Shown here: piece by piece, positions 29,001 to 41,500 of the stretch | How positions within the stretch are numbered: position 1 is the stretch's first letter | Layout of the letters: the number at the start of each line of letters is the position of its first letter | Assembly (NCBI RefSeq): GCF_018977255.1 | Contig: NW_024704742.1 | Coordinates: 118,978,001-119,042,000 of the forward strand | Origin: Callorhinchus milii | Lineage: Eukaryota | DNA: 64,000 nucleotides | Direction of reading: 5' to 3' | Made by a program: the position numbers and the translations under genes | The notes under the pieces: generated by a model | The model's database searches: none | What the model saw: only the letters and a program-made list of their open reading frames with translations | What the model was told of the DNA's origin: nothing

Positions 29001-32000
29001 GAGCAGAGCTCCACGGACTTATTGATTGTCTGCATTATCAGCCTAAAAGAATCATATAACAAACGAAAATCAGTCTTCAAGAGCCATCAGAATTAGAAAT
29101 CTGCACAAAGCTCCACTGATTAACAAACATTGTAAAGCAAAACTCCAGAATCCATTCCAGCTATTCACCCCCAACTCTTAAGCCCTCTGGGACTCTACCC
29201 AGTGTGAAGGGCACTATATAAATGCAAGTTGTTGTTCCCATACAATACCTTTTAACGGATGCACCAGCTATCTTTGTCTCGGAAGTATTCCCATCCCCAA
29301 CTAGACATTTATTCAGTTTATCAAGTTCCTTTTTAGCTCACTACTGCACCAATTACTTTAGTGTTTGCCTACCCATTACTCTGTAGAAAAATATAATTCT
29401 CAAGTTTTGTTTTATGCTCGTTAATATCAACTCCATGATTTCTCGTTCCTTGTTCATACTCCAAGTCAAACAGCCTGATTACATCTAAATAACATCTGCA
29501 GATCAGCCACATCAATGATTTATACAAGGTCAGGAAAACTTGTTTCTAGCTAAATTTTATCACTGCTAAACTACTGAGGTGGGAAGAGCAACGCAGTGAT
29601 ATACCCGCCTTCTAACAGCTGCCTTTGAGTTTAGTACCATCTTTATTTCTAATTCCATTCCAGGTCACTAGCACTAGCACTATTGTGCTGGTCAAACGTA
29701 ACATGACCTGCACAATAGTTCTCAATATTTTTATGGGATCGACATATGTAACGCAATGGAAACTATGCACTTCTTGTGCTCAGTATAATATAATATAATA
29801 ATCCTTGCATTTGATATAGTGCTTTTCACGTCGGGAGGACGTCCCAAGCGCTACGCAGAACACACTGTAAAGTGAATTGACTATATTTGTGGGCGAACGC
29901 GGCAGCCAATTGCGCACAGCAATGTCCCACAAACAGTCGTAGATTGAAAATGACCAATTTATTATTGTTTTGTTTTGGAGGGATTATTATATATATAATT
30001 ATGCCTTTGGGGAATAGGTTATATATATACACATATATATACACACACTCATATATATATATATATATATAAAATTGTTGTTGTATGTCATCATGGTCTT
30101 GTTGGATCCTAAGTTACAGAATGCTTACATTACAAAACACTCATAGATTTAGTACAACCTTTTATGCAAAATGGTCCTGTGATGAAGGGTACGTTTAAGA
30201 TAATTATTTATAACAAAATTCCCAAACAGGAAAACGGATAAAAAATGTTAGATGGGTTCACATAAATGGAGACAAACTAGGTTTACATAAAAAATGCCTT
30301 TAAAATACTGGACTTACTTCCCTTCAGCATCTTCCTCCTGAGCTTGTTCTCGGAGAGCATGTGTGACCTGGAGCCTGTAAAACATCATATAATGTTTCCT
30401 CAGAAGGACAGCAACTGGAAAGTTTCTTTTAGAGCCCCCACAGTTTCCTCCTGCTGCTGTACTTTGGACAAGAACTTGAACATCAACATAGTCCAGTCAT
30501 AATTTTAAGCAAGACTGTTGCAATCAATGTCTGTGGGAACATGCCACATTAAGGCTGAGGGTTAAAACTTGCAACTTTTTATTTTAAAAAAATCTTTGTC
30601 TCCCAATAGTTATAATCCTTGCATCTGATTATAGCAGCTTCCCATCAAAATATGTCAAAGGAGTTTATTGAAAAGTGTAAATTTCAATCAAATTCAGCAG
30701 CCGTCATTGGGCACAACAATGTCCCACAAACAGCTCTGAAGTGAATTACAACAAAATGGCTCTAAAGCTTTACAGTAATTACAGTCAAGTCACCCTTTTC
30801 TGGGACACCTAACAGCCGTTAATGCCAAGAAAGTCCTATGAATAGGATGAAGGGCAGTTAATTTGAAGGATTGTCCAGGAAACTGGGAGAACTTGGACTC
30901 TTTTCACATTGAGCCATTGGCTCTCAAGTGACCAGGTCTAAAAGACCTTGGACAATTTGACAAAATGGCACCTCCAACCACGCACCACTGCCCCAGTACT
31001 GGTCAGGTTGTGAACTCAAATGGGGCCTAAACCCACAACCTTTGACCTGGATGTTAAAAGGAACCAACTGAGTCAACCTGATAGAGAATAGTCGAGGTTT
31101 GTTGCTGTGTAAACTGCCAATATTCTTAAATAAACCTTCAAAACACGCAGAATGTCACATTATAAAGTGATTATACACTAAAACCCTGGCTAGCTGGGGT
31201 TTTAGTGTATAAGGTGGGGAGATGATCTGATCTGATATAGGGGGAGCATAAAAATGTTTGAACAGAACAATCAGAGAGCAAAGTGCATTTTCTCCAGGTG
31301 AACCCTTATATATCATGCTGACTGGTAAACCTCAGCTCCAGCCCTAGAACTCCTCAGAACCAAGGTCTTGCAAATCGGCATAATGCACAGGAGTAAATAC
31401 CCTATAATCATAATATTTGCATATGATATAGCACCTTATCACGTCTTCAAGACGGCTCAGTGCTTCACAGAATATACTGTAAAGGGAATTAACTGTATAT
31501 TTTAAGGGCAAAATGCGGCAGCCAATTGGGCACAGCAGTGTCCCACAAACAGTCGTGGACTGAGTGACCAAATTATTCTTAATTTTATTTTTTTGAAGGG
31601 ATTATTACCCCCGGAAAAGCGATCCACCAATCAACTAACAACCGGGTTCCTACTTACCCCTAGGTAAACAGAGGTGTGTGGAATAAGGAAACTTGCAGAA
31701 GGTTTCGCCCTGCCCGGGAATTGAACCCAGGTACTCTCGCTTGCGAGGCAAATGCTCTAATATGCACCAGCAACATACAGTGAACTCTGCAGGACTCCAC
31801 TATATGTTGCTGATCACATTCTGTTGGTTATGCCATTTTTCAACACCACAGTTCAACACGATAATCTTAAATTAAGTGAATCACAAACAACCAAAATAGA
31901 GTTGTCACTAATCACTGCAAATGCAAATGCCTTTTCTAAGAGACCTGGATTTCATACCTGTGTAACATCAAAGATTTGTTCTGGAAGGAAACGGACGCAT

Positions 32001-35000
32001 CTTCTAATTCCTTTTCGATTATTTCAATTCTGGAAGGATTTAAAAGAAGAAAATAGCCATCTTTCCACAAGCAACTAAGACTATTTTTCATACCCTGAAA
32101 GATTTTATCTACAGTCCATCATATTTTTAAATGTTTAGTGTATGAAAAGCACTAAACCAGCAATATTTCTATTATGTACAACTCTATCTGCTGCCATCTC
32201 CCCATCAATGCAGCAGGCTATTCAACGAACAATGGAAGTGAACAATTTTTGAATTTAGTCTTAATTTGGAAGCTTGTTTTCTGCAAAAAAATGGTAAAAC
32301 CAAGTGGAATTTCAAACTTCAAATCATCCAAACTACTGTATGCAGAACAGCTTTAAGGTTTCCGCATGATATCCAAAACATTTGGAAAATGGCACAACAA
32401 TATTAAAAACCACAGTTGAGAAAAGCACTGAAAGAAAATCTACATTTGATTTTAATTAATAAAATAGTAAACTGTGTAAACGTACGTTTCCTTCAGATCA
32501 CCTTCTGATGTAGCCTCTGTATTAGTTTCAACACCTAACAATCAAATAACAGATACTCATTAGATTTAACATCTAAAGGATACAAGATTACAGAATCCCT
32601 TATTGACCATATTTAGATCCAAGGCAAGAGAGGAAGTGTTTTGTGACCGTTACCTTATTCTGACTTAATAATTTATTTTGTTTTTAATAAGGATTTAATA
32701 ATCTTTTGTACAAAGTTTTCAACCTGCCATAAGTCATTATCTCAGAAATTATTCTATGAAGAAATAACTCTATATTTAAAGTGTCACCATAACAGTTGTT
32801 ATTTGATGTGCCACTAAAATCTAATTATCATGTTTTAGATATCCTAGTACGTGGATATCTAAAGAAATTGGGCATGGAATTGTCACAAGTTAGTCAATAA
32901 TTAGATGCCCAACTGAGGTGAGACCTAGAACTGTATGTTGTCCCTCCTTGCTCACAAAAACACAAAACCACTGTAAAAAGGCCTTTTGAAGAGCATCCTC
33001 AATAAAGATCTGAAACTAGATTCCTTCACTGGATAATGGTGCCCAGGGAACTAGGGCAGGAAAAGAAGTACACAAATAAAGATTAACATCAAATTTGCTA
33101 CAATTGGCTACAATATGAGCACTAGAGTATTTAGTCAGTCTATGGTAGACCATCTGACGTATTTCAGTCATACATTTTACCACAAATATTATTTAAGAAT
33201 CAATTAAATATATTTGATCAAATAAGTTTAAAATATTTAGACAGCCCTGAAGCTCACCAACGTGTACTTTGACATACAATGCAAAATATCTTACAAGCTT
33301 TCACATGAGTCTCGAGTTCCACAGTCTGTTGGATTATTTGGTCCTTTAACCTATCAGAGAAAAAGAATACACATAAGAGATCATCAACATGCATTTTGTG
33401 TTGGGTGCATCAGTAATAGGACCAACTGAATTAAAATCCTCATTCCAGACTATGTCCCTCATCTATGCATTTATCACATCCAGGCTCAACTATTCCAAAG
33501 CTCTGCTCACCAGACTTCTTTACTCAATTCTTCTTCACACAAGATGCAGACTGTCCAGAACTCTGCAACCCATGTCATTTCTCACACTAGGTTCTGTGAG
33601 CCTATCACTCCTATCCTCACCCAGCTCTTACTGGCTCTCATCCCCCAGAGGATTGAGTTCAAGATACTCATTTTCACCTTTAAGTCCCTCCAGTCTAACT
33701 TTATCTCTGTAATCTCCTTAAATTGTAATGACCCTGCTGTTCCATTTGCTCAGCGAACAACAGCCTGCTTCAGTCTCCCCATCTTTTGCTCTGATAGATG
33801 AAAGTCCTATTTTAGCCTATTTGCAGTCATTCTCTGGACCTCTAGCTCAGGTGCTTAACCAGGATTGTTAAGTACCTTGGGATGTCCTCCCTACATGATA
33901 GAAGCTATGTCAACTTGCACGTACTTAGTACTTGACTGCAGGAAGAAACACTGAGATTCCCAAATAAATCAAGATATCTACATTTCTGAATATTTACAAT
34001 TAGATGGTAAATCTGGATGCTTAAAACGCTGAAGACAAATCTGGGACGGTTCAGACAAGATTTTAAAATTAGAAGACACTAGTTAATAAAAAGTGATATC
34101 GAGAAGTTCAGGTAACAATTATTGCTGCTACTTACCACACGAGGTCTACAATGGAATTCATACAGGTAGGATTTTCGTGAACATTTTTTGGCATTGAGTG
34201 GAAGTTGTCAATTGTCAGCTGCCCTTGTTTCTCATGGGAGCTACCAGGTTCTTGGAGAACATGGGTCTCTGTTCTGTTTCTAAAAGTATAGGGACAAGCA
34301 AGTTAATCAATGATGAATGGCAAAGAAGTTTCATTTTTATGAAGCTTTTTTTAAAATTGTAAATGTCAGCAACAACAGGTAGAATTAGAAATAATGCTCA
34401 AGTTTTAAAAAAAAGGGCAGGGACAATACATTGCATATTAAGTAGCAGAATAATCACCCAAATAATAATCCTTGCAAGGGTGGAGGCGCTATCTCGCCAC
34501 CGCCACCCTCGACTTCAGGGCAGGACTATTGACGTCTTGGCTAATTGTCTGTCTGACATCAAGTCCTGGACGAGAACCGAGTTCCTCCGGCTCAATGTTG
34601 GCAACACGGAGGCCCTCCTGCTTGGCTCCCGGCAGCGCCTCCTCACCTCACTATCGCCATTCGTGGCTAAACTCTTCACCTCACCGCGGCAATCTGAAAC
34701 CTCGGGGTCCTTTTCAACCCTCAGCTATCCTTCAAACCCCACATTTGTGCCGTGACCCCGTTCCGCCTTTCCACACCTCTGCAACATTGCCCACCTCCGC
34801 CACTGCCTCTCACCGCAGGCCGCCGAGACCCTGATCCACGCTGTCATTACGTCCCGGCTTGACTACACCAACTACCTACTCAAACAAACCCGATTGCCCA
34901 ACGTCCCGGAACATCTTTCTGACAATAAAAGGCGCTGTACAAGTGTAATTTGTTGTCGTTGCATTTGATACTGCGTCTTATCACGTCATTGAGGCGTCGC

Positions 35001-36410
35001 AAAGCGTTTCACAGGATATACTGTAAAGTACAGCAAGTAGTTAGTGAGCAACTTCTTTGGTTGGCCGACAAAATAAATGTTTGAATGAAAATAGGTCTCG
35101 AGTCGTGGCATAAATCTTCGCTATTTTGTTATTTCGGTGATTATTCTGCACCACTGCCCTACATCGTTGACATCCCGATTGCCAGACATGCTCCCTCCCG
35201 GGAGAGGGATGGCGGGAGAGCGACTGACCTCAGAGAGAGGGAAAATAGTTACAACGATTCACAGAGGCTGTGGGTGTGAGGAGGCCGTTTGGCTGCTCCA
35301 GTCCCTGTCGGGGTTTACACTCCACACCTCCCCCCTCCCTCACACACACACACCCCCTCTGCTTCCCTCTCCCTCCCTCCCAACCCTCTGCTCCCCACTC
35401 CCTCACACACCCTCCCAACCCTCTGCTCCCCCCTTCCTCACACACACACTCCCCCTCTGCTTCCCTCTCCCTCCCAACACTCTGCTCCCCCCTCCCTCAC
35501 ACACACACCCTCTGCTCCCCACTCCCTCCCTCACACACCCTCTGCTCACCCGCCCCTCCTCCCAACCGTCTGCTCCCCACTCCCTCACACACCCTCCCAA
35601 CCCTCTGCTCCCCCCTCACACCCCTCTCTGCTTCCCTCTCCCTCCCTCTCAACCCTCTGCTCCCCCCTCCCTCACACACCCCTCTGCCCCCCCCTCCCAA
35701 CCCTCTGCTCCCCCCCCCCAACCCTCTGCTCCCCCCCTCACCCCCTCTGCTCCCCCTCCCTCACACACACACCCTCTGCTTCCCCCTCCCTCCCTCCCTC
35801 CCTCCCTCCCAACACTCTGCTTCCCTCTCCCTCCCACCCCTCTGCCCCCCCTCACTCCCCTCTGCTCCCCCCCTCACACCCCCTCTGCTCCCCTCCCTCA
35901 CACACCCCCTCTGCTCCCCCCTCCCTCACACACACACCCTCTGCTTCCCCCTCCCTCCCTCCCTCCCTCCCTCCCAACACTCTGCTTCCCTCTCCCTCCC
36001 ACCCCCTCTGCTCCCCCCCTCACCCCCTCTGCTCCCCCCTCCCTCACACACACACCCTCTGCTTCCCCCTCCCTCCCTCCCTCCCTCCCAACACTCTGCT
36101 TCCCTCTCCCTCCCACCCCCTCTGCCCCCCTCACTCCCCTCTGCTCCCCCCCCTCACACCCCCTCTGCTCCCCCTCCCTCACACACCCCCTCTGCTCCCC
36201 CCTCCCTCACACACACACCCTCTGCTTCCCCCTCCCTCCCTCCCTCCCTCCCTCCCAACACTCTGCTTCCCTCTCCCTCCCACCCCCTCTGCCCCCCCTC
36301 ACACCCCTCTGCTCCCCCCCTCACACCCCCCTCACACCCCCTCTGCTCCCCCTCACACCCCCTCTGTTAACGTTTCTAACTGACTCCGCGGCGGCTCCAA
36401 CTTACTCCAT
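26078..36410 (-). CDS. CENPH: Centromere protein H, ~249 aa, 10 coding exons
   Basis: Exons 36410-36406, 34279-34136, 33350-33295, 32534-32486, 32029-31958, 30374-30318, 29042-28979, 27901-27850, 26828-26668, 26167-26078. All phases join (750 nt). C-terminus IQNVLQGIILASGVNWAKDPKLKELILQLEKN matches CENP-H; synteny with MRPS36 and CDK7. The first mini-exon is less certain. Confidence 0.9.
26370..26600 (-). mobile_element. L2 LINE 3' fragments
   Basis: Same pattern as other copies (gggtgaccgaagg..gtcttgaaggagg; ccaaggcgctggacagtcaggg). Confidence 0.7.
27930..28226 (-). mobile_element. tRNA-derived SINE, long subfamily
   Basis: A/B-box head and body in reverse complement. Confidence 0.88.
28590..28860 (+). 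mobile_element. CR1 LINE ORF2 internal fragment
   Basis: WKVFKDEIARGQNKYIPTK..KPPWMTK..KKEAYDK, typical of the CR1 endonuclease-RT linker. Confidence 0.7.
29798..29990 (-). mobile_element. tRNA-derived SINE 3' half, short subfamily
   Basis: Matches the body and tail of 39190-39510. Confidence 0.85.
30612..31075 (-). mobile_element. Degraded DeuSINE-like element
   Basis: atggcacctccaac..gcactg..cagtactg..aacccacaacc..accaactgag, the reverse complement of the Deu core and head. Confidence 0.6.
31171..31212. repeat. 42 bp near-perfect palindrome
   Basis: ttatacactaaaaccc tggctagctg gggttttagtgtataa. Confidence 0.9.
31410..31798 (-). mobile_element. tRNA-derived SINE, long subfamily
   Basis: Conserved body; head interrupted by a short insertion. 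Confidence 0.88.
33445..33920 (+). mobile_element. Old L2 LINE 3' fragment
   Basis: LIYAFITSRLNYSKALL, VQNSATHVI..PQRIEFKILIFTFKSL. Confidence 0.8.
34480..34960 (+). mobile_element. L2 LINE fragment
   Basis: LANCLSDIKSW..FLRLNVGNTEALLLG; SRLDY motif; L2-type tail. Confidence 0.85.
35326..36365. repeat. C-rich complex minisatellite (ccctctgct(t)ccccc(tccc)n..cacac) in CENPH intron 1
   Basis: Directly visible higher-order tandem array of ~1 kb. Confidence 0.95.
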
Positions 36411-36760
36411 CTCAGCAGCTGCTCGCGCGGCCTCACAGGTCCCGCCCACCACCCCGCCTGGCTATTGGGCGGCTGGTCGAGCTGGGGGGCGGGGCCTGTA
36501 GGGAAGTCCGCGTGTTTATTGGTGAGCGGACACGTCAGTTGCACCAATCACCGGGATCCGCCGCCCGATTGGTCCAGGCGCCCAAACCGAATCTGCCGCC
36601 TCGCGCCGCGGTCGCGCCTCTGACAAACACCAGGGCGGCCAGTCGAAAGTCGATTGCTTCGATGCGTGGGTGAACGCCGTCGCTCGGGACTCGATTGTTC
36701 AGGCGCCGGTCAGCGGGTCCGGAGCGGCGGCGTTTGAATTTAAAGCGGGAATCGGGGCGG
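36411..36760. promoter_or_regulatory. CpG-island bidirectional promoter (CENPH and the plus-strand gene)
   Basis: Four CCAAT/ATTGG boxes (36464, 36518, 36544, 36568), GC box at ~36484, CHR TTTGAA at 36733-36738 preceded by a GC-rich CDE-like run. Confidence 0.72.
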
Positions 36761-36769
36761 TCAGACCAG

Positions 36770-37080
36770 AGCGGCGGGGGATCAGGGGATCAGGGGCGGC
36801 GGGGGATCAGGAGCGGCGGGGGATCAGGGGATCAGGGGATCAGGGGATCAGGGGCGGCGGGGGATCAGGGGATCAGGGGATCAGGGGCGGCGGGGGGTCA
36901 GGGGATCAGGGGCGGCGGGGGGTCAGGGGATCAGGAGCGGCGGGGGATCAGGGGATCAGGGGCGGCGGGGGATCAGGGGATCAGGGGCGGCGGGGGATCG
37001 GGGGCGGCGGGGGATCAGGGGATCAGGGGCGGCGGGGGATCAGGGGATCGGGGGCGGCGGGGGATCGGGGGCGGGGGGAG
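36770..37080. repeat. G-rich tandem repeat (ggggatca / ggggcggcgg units)
   Basis: Directly visible. Confidence 0.95.
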
Positions 37081-37409
37081 CGCTCCGAGGCGGCCCTGAA
37101 GGATGCAATGCAAATGCAAGTTGTGCACTAAGATTGAAGGGTCAAAGCGGTGCCACCGCCGTGTGCGGCTCCAGGAGAGGAATTGTGGTAAGAACGGGGA
37201 TAAGGCAGCGCCGGACAGTGAGGGCGATCCTGTGAGTTGGCGTTAGACCAATCGAGAACTTGTTCGCGTTAGAGAGAGACACAAAAAAGTCAACGGGAAT
37301 ATGACCCCCAAGTCTTAAAAATGATAAGAAGCAGAGATCGAGGAGGTTCATGTTTGAAAAAAAAATCTGTTGGACTTGGACAGTCAAAAGCAGATTTAGA
37401 ACGACATGG

Positions 37410-38395
37410 AACGGATGTGGGGATAGAAAGGATAGTTGAGGGTCAAACAAGACCCCAAGGTTCCGGACTGGGTCAGCGGGAGGGTGGGGTGTGCGCCTCG
37501 GATGGTGATCCGTCAGCGCCTGAGGTGAGGAGGCGCTGACGGAGCCAATCAGGAGGGCCTCAGTCTTGTTGATGTTCAACTGTAGAAAGTTTGCTCTCAT
37601 CCAGGACTTGATGTCTGACAGACATTCTGTCAGGACAGCCTTGGTCCTGGAGTCAAGGGTGGAGATGAAGTGGAGACATTGTGAGTCGTAGGATCTGAAC
37701 CATTCAAGGACAGAACCGTGAAGGTTGAGGTGAGAAGAGAGACGGTGGAGGAGAATAGAGTGGTGAACGGTGTTGAAGGCAGCAGAGATGTCGAGGAGGA
37801 TGAGGAGGCAAAGGGAGCTCCGGTCGCAGATGAACAGAATGTCATTTGTCACTTTGACCAAAGCTGTTTCTGTGCTATGGACAGCACAGAAACCCGAATG
37901 GAGGGGTTTGTGAAGGGAATGGCGGGAGAGGAGGGAGCGAAGCTGGGAAGCAATGACTCGTTGGAAAGGGATGTTGGAGTTGGGAAGGTAGTTTAAGAGC
38001 AGGGATGGGTCCAGGGAGGGTTTTTTAAGGATAGGAGTGATGACGGACATTTTTAAAGGGGTGGGAATGGTGCCAGTGGACAGGGAATGGTTTATGATGT
38101 CTGTGAGTAGAGGGGCAAGGAGCTGGAGCTGAGAGTTAAGGAGCGGGGTGGGGATGGGGTCGAGGGAGCAGGTGGTCGATTTCATGCAGATTATAGCAGT
38201 GGTGAGAGAGGAGTGGGAGACAGGATAGAAAGTGTGAAGGGAGGGATGGGTAGGGGCCGGGATGTGAGGGAGAGACGGGGAAGGGTTAGTAGACAGAAGG
38301 GCAGAGGCAGCTGAGTGGATCCCCTCGGCTTTGGGTGTAATATTGAGGGACCTATGGAATACTGCTCCAGTGATACTGCTCCAGTGGAACATAAA
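37410..38395 (-). mobile_element. L2 LINE ORF2 fragment (RT N-terminal region)
   Basis: TTCSLDPIPT, PILKKPSLDP, HSTETALVKVTND, LLDISAAFNTV, FLQLNINKTE, VRNLGVLFD; internal deletion present. Confidence 0.92.
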
Positions 38396-38516
38396 GTGGT
38401 CTGTTATCTTGGAGAGGGGAGGAAATTGCTAAGGATAAAATAGTGAACTATGTTTGAATCAGACTAAATAATCCAACCTTTGTATTTTCTAGGTTCAGTA
38501 AGTACAGTGCCACACA

Positions 38517-41500
38517 ATGCCTCGTACTCTTAGATCAAGCAAGTTTCAAGAATCAGATAGTCCTCCATATCAGGAATGTAAAAATCTCCGAGCAGGAGTG
38601 AAAGGGAGACTTGTGCATCTCTTTGAAACTGAGAGTAGAAAGAAAATCTGGAAACTTCCTGTTGATAAAAGTAAAGATGCATTTACTCCACGACAGCGGA
38701 TGGTTACACCACTGATCTCCAAAGCACTTAATCACCTGATGTAAGTATATGCGTTGAATGTGGAAAAACTTTCAGACAAGCTTCAACAATCTAAATCAGT
38801 TCTGCAGTCCCAGGGGAGCCTCTAAGCAATTTGAAAACTCCAAAGGAATTTTGGGTGCTTTGAACAAGAAAATTACACTCAATGCAACATGAAGGAAAAC
38901 AACTGGCCTTAGACCCAGATGTTTTTTTAAAAAAACGATCTGCCAAGAATCCCACTCAAATTTCCTTATTGGAAAGTAGACGGTGCTTGCCAACCTAATC
39001 CCACCAATAATCATTGCCTTGATAGAAAGGGGGCAATTATTGTACAGATAGTTTAGAAAGGTGAAACTGTAAACTAATTATACATGATAATCAGATGTCC
39101 CTGGACTTTTTGTTCCTTCCTGTGATATAATGGATTGATTATCAGTCCTAATGGACACGCAAATTCGTGAAGCGTTCCATATTTTTTTTTGGAGTCCTGT
39201 AGCTCAGTGGTTAGAGCACTCGCTTTGTAAGCGAGAGACCTGAGTTCAATTCCAGGCAGGGCGAAACCTTGGGCAAGTTTCCTTACTCCACACGCCTAAT
39301 AATAATCCCTCCAAAAAACCAAAAACAATAATTAAATTGGTCATTTTCAATCTACGACTGTTTGTGGGACATTGCTGTGCGCAATTGGCTGCCGCGTTCG
39401 CCCACAAATATACAGTCAATTCACTTTACAGTGTGTTCTGTGAAGCGCTTTGGGACGTCCTCCCGACGTGAAAAAGCGCTATATCAAATGCAAGGATTAT
39501 TATTATTATATATATATTATTGATTAAATCTACGGTTGCTGACTACTCTGCCCCACCGCTTTCTTCAGATGACAGCAAGCAATTTGGATTGTTTTACCTC
39601 GGGACTATGTCCCCATTTCACATATCCCTCTCTTGAGTGCTTGGAGGTTGCTTTGCTTTCATTCAGCACAGGCTTAGCTAATGTAATGACATGCCAGTTG
39701 GATATCTCATTGGAATATTACCCTCAGAAAGTGTGCTGAATTTCTTAAGAACTCAGACTGTAAATCATGTTGGTACTTGATTTGTTGAAAAAATCATCAA
39801 ATCAAGGAAAGCCTCACTTTTCAAGGTTCCTGTGTAGCATTATTAATAATGTTTCAACATAGATTAGTCTAATGAGCTCAGTTGGGTCGCTTTCCTGCCT
39901 CTGAGTTTAGACTTCAATTCAGACTTGGGGGTGTGCTGCATTTTGGAGGTGCTAATCCTTCAGATGAGGTCATATCTGCCTGTTGCAATGGATGTTAAAG
40001 ATCTCATTGATACTATTCCAAAAGAGAAAGACGTTCCTGGCCAAAAATCTGATAGCTGTGTGCAAATTGGCTGCCGCGTTGCTATAAAATACAGTTACTA
40101 CTTCACAGTAAATGCTTGAGACATCCTCCCAACATGAAAAACTGCTGTATCAAATTAAAAAATGTAAGGATTATTAACTTGAAGGATAGATAAAACTTCT
40201 TCGAAAGTTTTGTAGTGTATGAATTTCTTAAAAAGTTTTTTTTTTATAAAACAGCTCCAATGTTGAAAACCACCATAAAGTACCAGAAAAACCTGTCAGT
40301 CCTAATCTCGCAATACTTAGAATGACACCAGGTGGGTTGTTAATTTAATAAGGTAACTATATAAACTTTTTAGATATCTACAGTATCCTGAGGGCTTAAA
40401 TGCAGAGTGAACTCTCCCTCAACCCCACCGCCTTCCCCTTCTCCCTTTTTCAAATCCAGCCTGTAAACCTTCCTTTTCGACCGTGCTTATGGTCACTCCC
40501 CCCCACCCGCCACGGTTAAGCGCTCTGAGACTCTACCCTGCCTGGAGGACGCTATATCAGTGTAAGTTGTTGTTGAACTATATCAGGGTTGTTGCTAGGA
40601 TTTCAGTGAATGCCCAAAATGTGTCTGCGTTCAATACATGATTTTCAAAAATAGATGTTTGTTCATAAGACTAGACATTTTAAATGAGGCCATTCAGCCC
40701 ATTGAGGGTGTGCTAATGCTTGTTCATCCATTGGAGCTTACTACATAATCCCAATTTCCAATTGAGTTGGTATTTTCTCCTATTACCTGCACTTTGCTCT
40801 CTAATATTTAGAATCGTACAAGTATAACAAAACATAGCCATTGTCTGCCAAATTGTGGGGTCCGAAGTAAATCTGAGAAGTCTTTAATAGTTCCCCTATT
40901 GGACTGCCATTGGACTAGTGGGTAAAGATCATGTAGACCAGAAGGCCCCAGGTTGAATTCCTGATTTATCTCAAGTTAGCTGATCTCAACTAGGCCTACA
41001 GTTGGGGCATTAGAATTAATGTCAGTGCCATGGGCTGATGCGAGAGGAAATCAGCCATGGTCCTTGCACCTAATTACATGCTGATCCCTGCTGGGTGAAA
41101 GTTAATGTCTTAATTTCTCAGTTTGTCTGTGATTCCTCTACCACCCCTCCCCCCCCCCCCCCATGGGGTCAAATAGTTCTTTAGCACACACTATCCAGCT
41201 TTAATATGATAGGTGACTTATTGGGGCAGGAAGCAGAAGGCTCCTTCTCCTGGTGCCTGCAAAATTGTTACCCCGGAAACAGTAAGTGCAATTGGGAGAA
41301 AACAATCAGAAATTACAGCAGAAGAGGTGTCAGCCCATTGAGGCTAGGGTCACACTTGTTCATCCATTAGCCCTTACTTCTCTAATCCCAATTCCAAATC
41401 ACACTTTTGGTTACCTTTTCTCCTGCCTCCCCCCCCCCACCCCCCAGCTCACACTCCCAGTCAGCTCTGTGAAATGCTTTGAGACGTCCTCCTGACGTGA

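Noticed and set aside
35137-36501. Long Pro/Ser/Leu-rich ORFs (364-454 aa) in three frames
   Set aside because: Stop-free only because of the C-rich tandem repeat; they lie antisense in CENPH intron 1.
36670-37131. Gly/Arg-rich ORFs
   Set aside because: Translation of the ggggatca/ggcggcgg repeat.
37142-38392. 416 aa reverse-transcriptase-like ORF as a host gene or intact LINE
   Set aside because: Internally deleted L2 fragment lacking the catalytic YADD region and the endonuclease.
39190-39265. tRNA-like sequences at SINE heads (mostly with a TGC anticodon-like loop)
   Set aside because: Continuous with SINE body and tail, no proper acceptor stem; these are SINEs, not tRNA genes.
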